DNA of 64,000 bases from Schizochytrium sp. TIO01 (GCA_004764695.1 SMSO01000037.1:3696747-3760746); one strand, 5' to 3'; positions 48,501-60,642 are shown, counted from the stretch's first letter. Notes: generated by a model not told the origin, from the letters alone. Numbers and translations: made by a program.

Positions 48501-50066
48501 CTTCGACTCTTCTTCATTGAAAACTTTAACTGCAACATCCTTTCCATGCCATTTAGCCTTATAGACAGTTCCCGTGGCACCCTTGCCCAGTGTCTTTGTC
48601 AAATGAAGCTCCTCATATTTAATGCGCCATGACTTTGATGGCTGCATAACATAGTGCATACGCATTCGATAATGATTGTAGATAGAAGACAAGATTGTCA
48701 AAATAAGACAGCAAATTATTGCAAAGATTGTCGTGTAGAATAAGTTTTCCCAGTCTCGTTCTGTTTTTGACGATACAGGAGACATATCGAGTTCCCATCC
48801 ATGTGATTCGTCCCATGAACCAACTACCTCTAGTGAGTAGCTTGAGTTATATTCACTACTTGAAGAGACTACCCATCTACCTATTCGGAGCTGATGTGTA
48901 GAGAGGTGGCCATAATCGAGTCTGCATTGATATTCCGAATTGTTTCGCCATGGAATTACGACTGTTGATGAATAATTAGTTGCTTGAATTTGTAGCAAGA
49001 TCTTAGTAGCATCTGCAGCACGTCGTGCCGAACTTGCCCACAAAAATGCATCCAGTACACTGTTGGCACCTTGCTCTAAAGCGGTTTCCTCCATGCTAAG
49101 AAAATCTTGATCTTCTAGCGCAGGGAGAAGTAGCATGTACGAATTTTGATTTGTAAGATATGAATCGAAGTATGCTTCAGGGATAGCCATACCGGCTCGC
49201 ATTTCAAGTGCATCTAGACCTGGCTGAAGCCAAAAGACCTGTTGAGCATTATCTCTTTCGTAGAGTACATCTAATATAGAAGTGATCGTCTCTTCGCTTT
49301 CTACGGCACATGGCACAAACCATGCCGATGTCTTTTCAACAGATTCAAGATCCTCCACATACGAAATTAGCTGCACAGTTACTGAAAGCTCACGCAGAGC
49401 AATTGTCAGATCTAGTGCTATATTACATGTTTTTGTTGCACTAGCTATGATACCAACGCTTCCCCATCCAGCTGTACCAACGAAGTCTTGGAGCGCAAGG
49501 GTAAAACTGCGAGTGTCAGGTATTGAACTAAACAAGTTTGGGATATCTAGTGAAAGAGTGCTCCAGCTATATGAAGCTACTGGAATTTGTAAGCTTGCAA
49601 GTACTGCGAGATTTGCATCTGTTGCAGCTTCACAAGGCGATGGTAGAACTAAGTCTGAGCCTTCTGCCTTTTCGAGAATCTCCCATGGTGAACAACGTGA
49701 AAGTGAAATTGTCCGAACGCTCACACCTGGGGCATTTTGTTGGACAGCTTGACGCACGAAGCTTTCGACAAACCCAACGCTTGAATCATTTGGATCAACC
49801 AAAATGCTAAATATGCAACCAGTTTCATTCTCCAACAGACTACATCCTGAAATTGGAGGAACACTCTCCTCCAATATTCGTGTTGCATTGACTGGTGCTA
49901 CTGCAAAGTTGAATATTCCGAGCCATAGCACAGTCAACAGCGTGAGCCACGGCATCGTGCGCACGCGCACGATGCGCCCACGCGTACGGACGCCTCGTAG
50001 CCTACTTTGATGCTTACGACGGCGCCAAGAGTGTCCATCGCCAATCGCAGGATTTGGTGCGACCAT
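45567..50066 (-). CDS. Receptor-like TKL kinase: signal peptide, periplasmic-binding-protein-like ectodomain, TM helix, kinase and pseudokinase
   Basis: Signal MPWLTLLTVLWLG (ATG 49955; upstream ATG 50066) and TM LFYTTIFAIICCLILTILSSIY. Kinase 1: GKGATG, VAVK, HHDLKSPN, DFG, GTPQWTAPE. Kinase 2: HKNVRASN, GGFG, GSPGWSAPE. Confidence 0.9.
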   Translation of the reverse strand: MVAPNPAIGDGHSWRRRKHQSRLRGVRTRGRIVRVRTMPWLTLLTVLWLGIFNFAVAPVNATRILEESVPPISGCSLLENETGCIFSILVDPNDSSVGFVESFVRQAVQQNAPGVSVRTISLSRCSPWEILEKAEGSDLVLPSPCEAATDANLAVLASLQIPVASYSWSTLSLDIPNLFSSIPDTRSFTLALQDFVGTAGWGSVGIIASATKTCNIALDLTIALRELSVTVQLISYVEDLESVEKTSAWFVPCAVESEETITSILDVLYERDNAQQVFWLQPGLDALEMRAGMAIPEAYFDSYLTNQNSYMLLLPALEDQDFLSMEETALEQGANSVLDAFLWASSARRAADATKILLQIQATNYSSTVVIPWRNNSEYQCRLDYGHLSTHQLRIGRWVVSSSSEYNSSYSLEVVGSWDESHGWELDMSPVSSKTERDWENLFYTTIFAIICCLILTILSSIYNHYRMRMHYVMQPSKSWRIKYEELHLTKTLGKGATGTVYKAKWHGKDVAVKVFNEEESKSVLVTAFVMEVAVLQELRHPNVVLFMGACFEKPKLCIVTELLRGSLYDCIRSIRGKAEAQASGVGMKKRTSVSIPAGTSGSAFENYLAAELPWIDRLNIVLEGCLGMSYLHEMGMLHHDLKSPNLLLGAHYMCKVGDFGMISLKPGSKGKKRHLLRKSTEYWDDAMSPKPRRNSGSEKGNRSPQARLSNVATTPVRMFTRTRKLGGSFVKRRPNSDEILPRPDGSDANSRRSSGTQQLSLDNIPPAPSGAPQDSSGSGSTKLFRPGQGLSVSTRTNSSSRKHASSTNMSGVQHQSGGHGSSSSTAVSMFRKSTVKKFDPFKSAAAQGAGTPQWTAPEVIEGNAFTEKADVFSFGVIMSEIANLDEPYKGMQPFEVTIKVVDEGLRPTFVDSCPSKIKDIALRCMRTDPKERPTLSEVAMELSEIQQDWIESGAPDQLSSKAKSSNLRRRNTKQSGKNRRSQEFTDRPWFINHLSSITFPERNDIVSEGDYWRIRKGKWLGEAYKFQRKANFGQSGARLSLTGMLSNFGHFHVGTGKRTQSVVAEDTMDFSQFALKAQKNPSERYMQTNPSSSNAPPPQNNILHTGSLIFPMLGARTGGASQRTNNFANFGGLPQGPPGDSKPEATDVYILMFEIGARTDLKETFATEMDMNIQLIHNNVLVMYGGWSQPGKVGVVYEAPTIGLLKDFIAVSCGDDLKSPDTGVEATITEIQGFSTSLSSAGLFDDRIVIFQALSDVASGLNFLHNSTSKNVHKNVRASNIYLFKQKIHAGTMRVTNRACTAKIGGFGFDFIHKIFSKKEQKLGSPGWSAPEVLMSEEYIPESDIYSFGATMWEILVNDDPFRGEDFTTIARRVCMERYRLEAPGLEHTPFADKDEYSAYVGLMNDCMQGDPGARPSIKHVRKVLGKLLASSSQQKSLLRSLSQVEPDSIPGGAAVYDSKYEPKSAPEKSRVNSREKEETRVVPIQDEPVQAEIDYLG

Positions 50067-51292
50067 AGAAGTTCGCTCCAATCACACTATTAGGGTCAAA
50101 TTTATGCGAACTTGACTTTAAGTGAGTATCACAGTCAGTGTAACATTTATTATTAAAGTACGCTCCATTGGTACTTATGCTTATGAACGAAGCTAAACCA
50201 GTTCAACGACTTTTCCAATATTCGGATGTCAACGTGCAGGTACACACCGCACACTGCTTTTTTTTCCCCTTTAAAACATTTGTGTGCTCTAAATAGATTT
50301 TCAAGAGCAGAGTTTTCAGTTGAGTTCTCTTTAAATTCTCTGCTCCGCTTGTTTGCTTTTAAGTTGACAAAGTTACCCTCTAATCCCAAATTTAAACCAC
50401 ATAGAATCCTGCGAGGCATCAGATTACCTAATTATCATTAGATAGACACCTTCAAATTTAACTTCCCAGAAAGCTACTAAAGAGAGCTTCGACACAACTA
50501 AGACAATCCTCTTGTAACCTTGATAGAAGCCCTTTGATGATAATTGTGTTAAACTTTAATAATAAGCAGAATATTATCATGTACTCTATGTTTACTACGA
50601 GGCCTCTTTTCTTAATACTCACTAATCTCTTTAATTCAAGCATTGCGACTTTCTTTTTCATTTTCCTGTTCCAACGGATCACTAGGGTATACTACAAATT
50701 ATACCTTTCAGGTTCCATGATTTTATTGTGTAAAATCTCGTATTCAGGAGTCAAAACTTCTTTGATAACCCCTTCACTATCCGTTGACCGTGAATAGCAC
50801 CCTGAGCAGAGAGTCTGGCTAATCAAGAGCGTGACAAAAGACACGTTGAAGTGCGCATTTAGCAAAGCATACACACCCACTCGAAAGCTCGGGTGCTTCT
50901 TTCATAATTGAGCAAAGGTGCAGGCCACAGTGTGTATTCATGATTCTCACAAATATACATATTGGAGAACTCGAGCGTTAGTGGATTAATTGGTTTGTAG
51001 TTAGTTCGTGAATCGCTTGTTAGTTTGATAACAGTAGCAAGAAGCTCGAGCAGGCTAGAAAGGTAACTATTGCTTCTTGAAGTCCGCAGACACTCACTCG
51101 CGCGTGGGCGCAAGCTCTAGGTTGAGAGCAAGCGCAGAATACTGCGTGCAGCGCGAGCAACTTGTGAAGTTGTTCGACTCGCGCTCGCTTGTGGGCTTGT
51201 AAAATACGGTGCTCGAGGCCAGCAGGAAGTCAGATAGTGCAGTGCAACCGAGTAGCATATAGCAAACAATCAAATCAGCAAATTCATTTAAA

Positions 51293-52870
51293 ATGGGAGA
51301 TCGAGGCAGCGTTCGTAGCGGTGGGTCGCGAAGCTACCGCCGCGTTGGAAGTGGTCGCGAGATCGACGAAACCTTGTTCGCCAGCAAACACCCGAACAGT
51401 GTGAGCAGACTTCGTAAGCAGCGTGAGGATACTGGCTTTCACAAGAGATCCTCGGCATCTTCGACAACTTCGTCTTCGTCAGGGCCAATTAGCAATAATC
51501 AGCGCGGATCTTACGAAAGTAAGCAAGCTGAAGTTGTTATTTCTCGTAGACAACTTGAGTTGATCAAATCTCGCGCGACGATTGTTACTTCGGAACAACG
51601 CGCTGCGGACAAAGCTCGCGAGGAAGATGAACGGAAAGTGAAGATGGCGAAAGCGCAAGCTCGCAAGGAGCGCATGCTGCAGCTTGAAGAAGAACGCAAG
51701 AAGAAGAAGAACCTCACTGCAGAAGAAGAAGAAGACGAGCAGAAAACAAATGCCACACTCGCTCGTGCGAGCGTAATGCGGATCGAACAGCTTGATCAAG
51801 TTAAGACAATGCGTCGTAAGGTAATGTATGCGCAGTGCGCAAAAATTCGTGAGGCACAGATTAAGGAGAAGGAAGAAAAGGTTGTTGAAGAAAAGGCTTT
51901 CGAGGAGCGCCAAGACCTGCTCATGGAGATGGATCGCCTTCGTGACCTCAAGCGACTTGAGACTACGAAAAAGCAGCGCGAGCAACGTCAGCGGGAGGAC
52001 GCAAAGGAGATTCGCTACCAGATTGAAGAACGTGAGCGCCAACGCATCATCGAAGAGGAGCTTCGGGAGCAAGAAAAGCAGCAGATGAAACTCATGATCA
52101 AGCGTCAAGAACAAGAGGCCCAGCGAAAGCGCGAAGCACATGCCGAGGCTAGCCGCCAACTCCTTTCTGAGGTTCTTGAGGCGAATGAGAAGGCAGTTGC
52201 GCAGAAGCACCAGCGTAAGCTTGAAGAAAAGGAAGAGGACGACCGTATTCTTCAATGGCAAGAGGACAAGCGCTTGCAAGAGGAGGCCCTTGAAGCCGAG
52301 AAACTTGCTATTAAGCAGGCCAAGGATCGCGAGTTCTTTGAACTTGCTTCACAGATGAAGCGCTCCATGGATAACAGAGCTGAACAAGATGCTCTTCGTG
52401 CAAAACGTCACCAGCAAGAGCAAGAGCGCCGTGAACGCAAGAAAGAACGAGAACTCCGTGAGAAACAGGAGCGTCAGCTTGAGGAGCTCCGCGTGGCTCG
52501 CGAAGAGCAGCAGAGACGCAAGATCGACAACATGAAGCGACTTGCAATTGCGGACAAGGAAGAATGGGTCAAGATTAACCGCGAGAATGCCGAAATTCAG
52601 GCACGTATTGATGAAGTTGAGCGCAAGCAGCAGGAGGCAAACATGCACCACCAGCATGAACTTCGTGATCAGATGAAGCAACGTGAGTTGGCTAAGCAGA
52701 GGATGGAGCAAGAGAAGCAGGACGAGGCTGAGAAGCTTAAGCGCGAGAACGAGCGCTACTTACGTATGATTGAGAAGAAGAAACAAGAAATTCTTGCTGA
52801 GATGAGAGATGGTGGTATCCCAGACAAGTATATGGCCGAAGTAGAGCAGATGAAGATTACATTTCAGTAG
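51293..52870 (+). CDS. CFAP45: Cilia- and flagella-associated protein 45 (CCDC19, TPH coiled coil)
   Basis: E/K/R-rich coiled coil with EQLDQVK..YAQCAKIREAQIKEK, QDALRAKR.QQEQER..RKKE and C-terminal GIPDKY.AEV, as in CFAP45. Confidence 0.8.
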   Translation: MGDRGSVRSGGSRSYRRVGSGREIDETLFASKHPNSVSRLRKQREDTGFHKRSSASSTTSSSSGPISNNQRGSYESKQAEVVISRRQLELIKSRATIVTSEQRAADKAREEDERKVKMAKAQARKERMLQLEEERKKKKNLTAEEEEDEQKTNATLARASVMRIEQLDQVKTMRRKVMYAQCAKIREAQIKEKEEKVVEEKAFEERQDLLMEMDRLRDLKRLETTKKQREQRQREDAKEIRYQIEERERQRIIEEELREQEKQQMKLMIKRQEQEAQRKREAHAEASRQLLSEVLEANEKAVAQKHQRKLEEKEEDDRILQWQEDKRLQEEALEAEKLAIKQAKDREFFELASQMKRSMDNRAEQDALRAKRHQQEQERRERKKERELREKQERQLEELRVAREEQQRRKIDNMKRLAIADKEEWVKINRENAEIQARIDEVERKQQEANMHHQHELRDQMKQRELAKQRMEQEKQDEAEKLKRENERYLRMIEKKKQEILAEMRDGGIPDKYMAEVEQMKITFQ

Positions 52871-53412
52871 TCATATGATGTCATTCGTCCAACCCCACTT
52901 TGTTATCCAACTCATTTACTTTTTAAGAAGAAAAAATGATCGATGTGCATTTGTTTATCTAATTTTCTGTCTTGCCTTTTGTTTGAAACATAAAGCGTCC
53001 TTTTTTATGCATGCAATAAGCTGCAAAAAAGTTATACAAGTATTAGCAAGCGCTTTCACAAAACAAACAGACAGAGTATTCATAATCTTTTTAACTGAAG
53101 TGTATCTCTTATCATTGTGTTCATATAGAAATTGTACTGAATGGCTGTCAGATTATACATTACCCCTTACGTTTTTGCTGCTTAGGCAGTATGCAATGTA
53201 TTTACTTATGATGAATAGTGTTGAGTCTTAATTTCGAAATAGATGAGTTTGAAGTATGGCTCTAATATAATTTTTTCTCAAGGGTTTATAGTTTTCATAT
53301 CTACTATGAAGCAGATATTAGAATTTTGAGTCTAATCCAAAAACCAATTCATGCTGAGTTTGGGTTCAGAAAAAGATGGTTATACGTTGTACTTCTAGTA
53401 CTATTTATCTAG

Positions 53413-56400
53413 TTACTTGTCTTCATTCTGTAATGAATCAAAGAGCTCTTGGGCGAATACATTATCAGGATGTAGGTCCAGGCTCTTGCGAAGTGATGCC
53501 AAGGCAGCTTTTCGTGATTTATTATCCGAGCCTTGGAGCATACTTACACACCCGCGCACCAAATGGACACGGTAGTCTTCGGGGAAAGCTTTCGCGACTT
53601 TGTTCATACCACCTAAGCATCGGCCAACACCAAATTTACTTGCCAAAAATTCCGCTTGAGCCAGACGCGCGTAGCATTCTATTTCTGATTTTGTGCCTTC
53701 GTCGTCATCGGCAAAGAAGTCGACAGCACAAACAAAACACTCACTTGCAAGCTCTGGATCAGTATTTCCAATGAGGTAGCCCAACTCGATCCAAATTAGA
53801 GGCGCGTCACGCAATTCTTGTAGGCCCTCCAAATACAGAGGGGGGGCACGCTTAACACGTCCCAAAAGACACTTTGCTAATCCACGCAGGTCCTGCTGCT
53901 CCTTGTCAGTGCCTGACGCTGTGTTGCTGAGTAAACTTGCAGCCTCTTCTGAAATGATTTCGTCGCCTGCCATAGCTGCTACTTCTGCAAATCTTACAAG
54001 ATCAAGCAAAGTTCGATCTGGTGCCTCAGCGAGCCGCCGTGCAAGCTTAAGAGCCGCCGCAGCTTGAGATGGGGTACTTACAGACCCAATGAATAGTCGT
54101 GCAGTTTCACGATTGTATGGAGCAGCATAGTATGCCTGAGCAGCGTGATGAAATGCCTTTTGCATATACCCCAAGGATCGCTGGAGAGCTCCCTGATAGA
54201 AGTTGAGATCCCTCCGTGCGAAATGCAATGTCTGTGCAACATCCAAACAACGGGTCATTGATTTGCGATCTGAACGATACTCCTTTCGAATTCTAACTTG
54301 TACTAACTCATCCTGCTGCAAAGAGCATCGCGCACGAGAAATCCAGCCGGCCATTTCCCACGGGGCAGAATAAATAGCTTCGGGCGAACGTTTTTGCGCG
54401 GTTAAAATTTGGCTCCGTAAATGCGCAGAGGAGACACTTGAGATATTCACATCGTCAGAATGATTTATCTCAAGACTAGCCCGAGCTATCTTGTTGCCAG
54501 CCTCGCCAGCTTCCTGAAGCGATGGAAGCTTTGAACCATTCTTGAGATATGCTACAACAGGGTCAGCCATTACTTCTTCAGGGAACTCAAGGTCACGTTT
54601 GCCAGCAAGCAACAGTGCCATTGCCATTTCATGAGGCGTTGCAAGAGAAAAGTCAGCCAAATTTGAGGGAAACTTATCAACCTCAATATCACCAAGTGCG
54701 ACAAGGTGATGGTACGCCATCTCAGACGGAGACTGGTGAAGATGATCGAGGATGGTAGCGCGGTGAGCAGAACGTGCAATCAGCGCAATTGCCATGTAGT
54801 AATGAGCCATTCTGTCATTGGGACAACGGCGTAAAACACGGCGTGCAACATCTTCAATATCAGACCAACCATGGCGTCCAAGGTACTCCCAGCGCAGCTT
54901 TGTGTTCTGGTGCGCATACTCAGAAAGTGCTACGTGGTCAGAAGTAATGCTTAAACCCGGTGTTACTGCATCGATGGCACAACGCAGAGTGGCGAGTACC
55001 TTCGTGTCGTTCTCGTCTTTTTCTCCAACAGCAATTCGGGCGCGGGCAGTCCAAGACACAGCCTTTTCATGTGCGCGACCTGCTTGAGCTTCCGTGAATG
55101 CTCGCAACGCGGCCTCTTGGCGGCCGCAGCGCTCAAACAGAATACCAAGGTTACACCATGCTGCTGACGCTCCGCTTGGGTCAAGCTGTGTAGCACGAAC
55201 AAGACAATGCTGAGCGAGGTGCACAGCGGCGCTATCCCAAGTAATTCGCAAACTATGAGATATGCCAAGCATGCTCCATGCATTTGCATCTGTGGGTTGA
55301 AGAGCAATTGATACCTCAGCACATCGACGACTCTGCGTAACATAAGTTTCAAAATCATCAACGAGAGAAGACAGTTCTGTATCTCTCTGAGCATGCAAAA
55401 TTTCTTGCTGCGTTCGCCTTATAGTGCAAGTTGCAACAGTAAGCCATGCTTGAGACTTCCAGGGCTCAAAAAACACACTCTTAGCATGGTTTCGCATAGC
55501 ACATTTGTAGGCCTCCTCACCTTGAGGGTCCTTCGCCTTAGCAGCTGGCAGAGCATTTGCTCGAATCGCATTGAGTCGGGCTCGAAGCTGGCTGAATGCT
55601 AGAAGTGGGTGGATACCGTGGCGATCGAGATCACTGATACCACGCTCTACTTCATCAGCTGCTGACTCAAAGCGTCCCGACGAAAGTAGAGACTCTGCAA
55701 ATTGAACGCGAGCCTGGGCTAAAGTCCAGCTTGTAGCTTCACTAGGGAAAAGTTCAGAAGACTTCTCTAGAGCAGCCAAAGCACCCAAATAGTCGGTATT
55801 TTGAAGGCGTAGGCGACCCAGTCGCAAGTAAACGTAAGCTTGTTGATCTGCTTGCACTTGGTCGTTCATACACTCAACGGCTTTTGCAAGGGCCATGAGA
55901 GCACCTTCACGTTTGCCGGTACGAGAATAAGCGTCACCCAAACCTTGCCAGGCATCAAAACGAGATTCTGCGCCAGCAACCGCGCGCTGAAAGCACTTTT
56001 CTGCTTCTACATAGTTGTTTGAATAGAGAGCCAACCGGCCAAGGCGAATCCATGCATCTGCATAAGTCTCCTGGAAGGTTTGCACATCACTTCCTTTATG
56101 TGCAAGATCATCAACGAATGCAATCGTACGCTTATACAAGTCGATAATTTGCTGCGGGCGCTTTGCTTCCCAGTGTCTCGCTGCAACAATTTGAAGCAAC
56201 CCAGATTGCATAGGGTCTAGGTCAAGGCTTTTCTCAAAACATTTGAGAGCACGCTCAGCATCGCCCTTTTGAGCGTATATTTTACCCAAATACAAGAACG
56301 TGCTACTGAGCTCGGGGTCAAGCTGGGCTGCCTTGAGAAGAAATTTCGTGGAATTTGCTACATCTCCATGCTTGAAGAGGGCCTCGCCTTGAAGAGAAAG

Positions 56401-58747
56401 GTGCCATGGCAGAACGGTTGTCGAGGACGGGCTTCGGTCTGCGAGGTCGAGCTGGGAAACCAGGTCAGATGAACCGCTTGGAGTGAGCGGGGGGCGACAA
56501 ACAACCTTTAGCTCTTCTAAAGCCTCTGAGACACGATTGTTATTCAAAGCAAATACTGCTTGGAGTGCTGCCATGGCTCGAAGTACTTCATCTGAGACTG
56601 AAGGCTGGCCACTAGAGTCCTGTCGAGAAGGCTCCAAGCCTGCACTAAAAAAATTGTAGACATTCAAGGCATGGGCAATTAGAGGATCTTTGGCAATGTC
56701 TGATCGGGCCTTTGATTCTGCACCCGTGTTTTGGGGACCGACTTTAATGGTTTTCGGGTTTTCGGGTTCAAAAAGCTGATTTATTTCGACGAGTGCCTCT
56801 TTAGCCAGGCGGTTTCCTTCCGATGGAATAAGGTAGCTTGCAGCTTCAAGTTGAAGAGCAGCAAGAGCAGGCCGCCACATAGCGATAGATTTGGCAAAGC
56901 AAGATTTGGAATTATCCTCTACAGCGCATATGGAGCGGATACCTTCTTGTGCAGCACGGGCAGCAGCTCGAGCTTCAAGAGCACGACCCTTAGAGCCCTT
57001 AACAAACCATCTTGTTAGCATTGATGCACGCTGGAGCCACACATTAGGGCTCTCCTTCGTCAAGAGCGAAAGAACTGCTGACTTTTGCTTTTCCAGGTCT
57101 TCCTTGCGGGACTGGGGTGTTCCTGTAGGTGATTCCACAGAAGCAGCTGCCACAGAACTGAAAGATATAACTTTGCGTTGTTTGCTAGCTGGTTTCTGAT
57201 TACTTGCTGTGAGATGCTGCTTTTTATCAAAGATCTCACGTGCTGTACGGAGTTTTAAAAGCGCACGATCACAGCACACGCGGGCTTCTCCACGATAGTT
57301 GCAGGATGCAAGTTGCTTTGCGGCAAGTGCCCAGGCTCTCCATACCTCACCGTAGAGATCGTCCTGTTTATTTGCTACGCTAACAATCGTCGCTGTGGGA
57401 ATGATTTGAGCTTGATTAGATTCACCAAAATCCAAGGCAATCGTCAGAAGCACTGAGTGAGACAATGCACAAGTTGCCTCATCATGCGATGCTTGAAGCA
57501 TGCTCTGGCAAATTTTTTGGAGATCTTGAATGCTTGATTTACCAACAACTTGTGCGATAGCAACCTCACTGACAGTCTTGCGAAGGAGAAAAGTTTCTTT
57601 GATGAGTTCCTCTGGTGTTTCTTCCCATGCGCAGAGATATGCTAATGAGAGTTTTTGTAATTCTTCGACCGAGAGATTTTCTAGCAAGCAGTCGTGATGG
57701 AAACGCAAAAGAACATCTAAAGCAGCCAAGCGGTCGGCCGGAGGAAGCTGCCACTGGAGAGCTTGAAGAAAAATTGCACGTGACTCTGCGTATTTTTTAG
57801 CGCGCCCGTACGCATGGGCGGCCTCTAAGCCGAACTCCTGGCTCTTTTCTTCGTTGCCTTTTGAAGCAGCTACATCCATTTGTCTTTTGCGAACTTCGGC
57901 GAATTTGGCGAGCTCACCAGTGGCATCGTAAACATCTGCAAGACGTGTCAGAGCTACCATCAGGGTGGAGTCACTGTACATTTGAATGGAAAGAAGAAAG
58001 TTGCCAGTTGGTGATAGTTGGTAATATTGTTTCGCAGCAGTTTAAAAAAAAGCAAATTGGGTCAGTCAGCATACGGAAAAGGTTTACATCTCGGATGAGA
58101 TGTGGGTTTATTTCTCAATGATACAGCTTACACTGTTAGTCGTGCAATAACTTACATCTGGCACGCTTTAACAAGCAGATTTTCGGCCTGATCAAAGTCT
58201 TTCAGGCCCAAAGCGGCTCTCCCAGCCAGAACATGAAGTCGTGCATTTTCTGCGCCTCCTGGAAGTGCAAGGGCTTCTTTTGCTGCCTAGAATTGATTTC
58301 CCATCATATTTACATCACAGCTAGTCGCCATCAGTTAGTCTTATCATTTGCCAACCCAAGACATCGTAGTATATGGCATGCGAGGAAGATAGATCCTGTA
58401 GTTTCTTCTATAAAGCAGGTCGCTAGTATACTCATGTTCAAAAGCTGTGCCATTACTCTTGAAGACAATTGACTAGGGCCAGGATCTCTGCATATGCTGC
58501 AACCACTCAATCACTCCACAAGTTTCCTGTCATGTGAACAGGCCTACATATCTATCTACCCAGGTATCCATCCAGCTATCTAATTGAGATGCGTGCTTTT
58601 CATCCTCGAGACACCTGCTGCTCATTCCTTCTAGGAGTGAGGGCTTTGTAGTTTGCTACTGCTCTGTCTCTAAGCACCTACCTTGAGGCTTGACCCAAAG
58701 CTACCCTCCTCCAGGGCCTCCTGGCTGCTCTGCACAAGGCGCTTCAT
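53413..58747 (-). CDS. Large TPR protein, SKI3/TTC37-like; exons 58747-58682, 58286-58156, 57973-53413 (~1585 aa)
   Basis: Multiple TPRs (AERALKCFEKSLDLDP, AWQGLGDAYSRTG, AWCNLGILF). Two upstream exons, MKRLVQSSQEALEEGSFGSSLK and AAKEALAL..KACQ, join in frame via GTAGGT..CTAG and GTAAG..TACAG introns. Size and layout fit SKI3. Confidence 0.8.
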
Positions 58748-59613
58748 CCTTCAGACAGAGCGCTTCAATGCAGATTTGCTGCTATTTGTTGGAGACACTG
58801 ATGAATGACTAAAGAAAAGGGATGAATGAATTAAATTATGGGTGAATGCAAAAATGAAAAATGAATGAAATGAAGAAATGCGAGCGTACAGCTGATACGC
58901 ACGCGCGCAGCGTAGTAGGTGCAAACTGACACGCAATAGGCAGCGGCACTCTCTCCTCTCAGATGATCTGTTGCTAGCGTGAAAAAACTGCTTTGCCATC
59001 GAGTGAGCGATTTAGTTATTGTAGATCTGGCTTAAGAATTTCCAAGATTACGGGTATTGATTTTGTACAATGGAAAGCTCATCCCTCTTTCCCAGTACTT
59101 GCTCTTTCGCTTTGGTGCTTGCACTCCAGCACAGTGGTACAATCTCTTCGACGTTAAAGAAAACAACCAACGCCATGATTATCACATTCTTGGCTGCATC
59201 AGATGCTCTTCAATTTCATTTCATCAAATGTGGTATTTGCACCCATCCACATTCCCCTCTTTAGCCTAATTCTACAAGACTCAACTTAATTATATGCTAA
59301 AACCATTCATATTCACTTGATTCTGTTTTATTCCACCAGGGAACAACCCCAAATCACCTTTTCCTACCAGATGTATTATATTTGCCGAGGCGTATTTTAT
59401 TAAGGCGTAGCGTTGACTTGATCTGAGCTGAGGAATGAATACAGATAACATTTGCTCTGGAGAGGCCTCCGCTCTCGACCTCGTTCTGCGCGGCCTGGGT
59501 GGACTAGCTTAGGCCTGTACTCTTCCCTGTCGGCAGCACGGGCAGAATTGACTTCTTTCGTCCGAGGTCGGTGTTTTCCAGGTTGCAAGCATCGTCATCT
59601 AAACAGCTTGAGC

Positions 59614-60642
59614 ATGGCAGCAAGCCCTGCGCCCGCTACGCGGGAGGAGTCCCGCCGCGACGACCTCCAGGAGCGGCAAGACGAAAAGGAGCAGGCGTCC
59701 CGCGAGGCTGTTCCCGTACGCACTCTTCTTCAGTCTTCTTTGGCGCGTTTTAAGGCACGACTACGGGACGTACTCCAGGTCGCTGCCAGCGCGACCTCGG
59801 GCAAGACCTCTGCCCCTTCGCAAACTGCGATTGATGGCGCCTTTGAAGCTCTCGTGCGTGAAAATTCTGATTTCAGGGCGGCCGTAGAGGTCCTTCACGC
59901 GCACCAGGCATTCCAAGCCCAAATTGCTGCTCGCGAGGCCGAAACTCAAGCTCGTGACGAAGACCTTTTGCGGCTCTCTGATGCACTACGCGCAGTACAA
60001 ACTGCCGTCGAACGAGAGGTTTTTCAGTCTGCCAAGCCTCTGCTCGGCAGACTTGGATCTGGCCACAAACCTTCGCAACCCAAAGCTTCAAATTCGAATT
60101 CAGAATCTTCGAATTCAGACGTGAATTTAGAGTCAAACCCAAATTCGAAACCAGACTCTGACTTGAAAAGGCCAAGAGCTGTGGATAGCACAGCAGTGCT
60201 CACGTATGCGCACAAACTTAGTTACTCGACGTCGGCACCCCCAGGATGGCACTTCTCGCAAGGTGTGGCGATCCCTGTGCCATTCAAGCCAGCAGCGCCT
60301 CAGGAAGAGCAGATCCGCAACACATTCCTTTTTGCGGACCTTGAGAATGTCCTGAAGAACAGGGTTCGAGTGGCACGCGGCGAGTCAGAAGATACAGGTT
60401 CAAATGCCAAAACAGAGGAAGAAGCTGCTGCGAAAAGGAAAGCGGAGGACATGGAGGCAGAGGGTAGTGTTACGAAGAAGGTCAAAACAGAAAACAATGA
60501 TGACGATGACGATGATGACGACGACGACGATGATGACGAAGGTGCCGGATCGGCAGACCATGATGACGACGACGGAGACGACGACGACGATGATGATGAT
60601 GACGATGAGGACGATGATGACGACGACCCATTTAATTTGTAA
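59614..60642 (+). CDS. MED4: Mediator complex subunit 4-like
   Basis: Coiled coil followed by VLTYAHKLSYSTSAPPGW..P..KPAAPQEEQIR..L (the MED4 C-terminal motif) and a poly-Asp tail. ATG at 59614. Confidence 0.75.
   Translation: MAASPAPATREESRRDDLQERQDEKEQASREAVPVRTLLQSSLARFKARLRDVLQVAASATSGKTSAPSQTAIDGAFEALVRENSDFRAAVEVLHAHQAFQAQIAAREAETQARDEDLLRLSDALRAVQTAVEREVFQSAKPLLGRLGSGHKPSQPKASNSNSESSNSDVNLESNPNSKPDSDLKRPRAVDSTAVLTYAHKLSYSTSAPPGWHFSQGVAIPVPFKPAAPQEEQIRNTFLFADLENVLKNRVRVARGESEDTGSNAKTEEEAAAKRKAEDMEAEGSVTKKVKTENNDDDDDDDDDDDDDEGAGSADHDDDDGDDDDDDDDDDEDDDDDDPFNL

Noticed and set aside
50458-50880. Two in-frame minus-strand ORFs separated by one TAG upstream of the receptor kinase
   Set aside because: No recognisable domain; AT-rich intergenic chance frames cannot be excluded.
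51479-52711. Long Leu/Phe-rich antisense ORFs
   Set aside because: They are the shadow of the E/K/R-rich CFAP45 coding strand.
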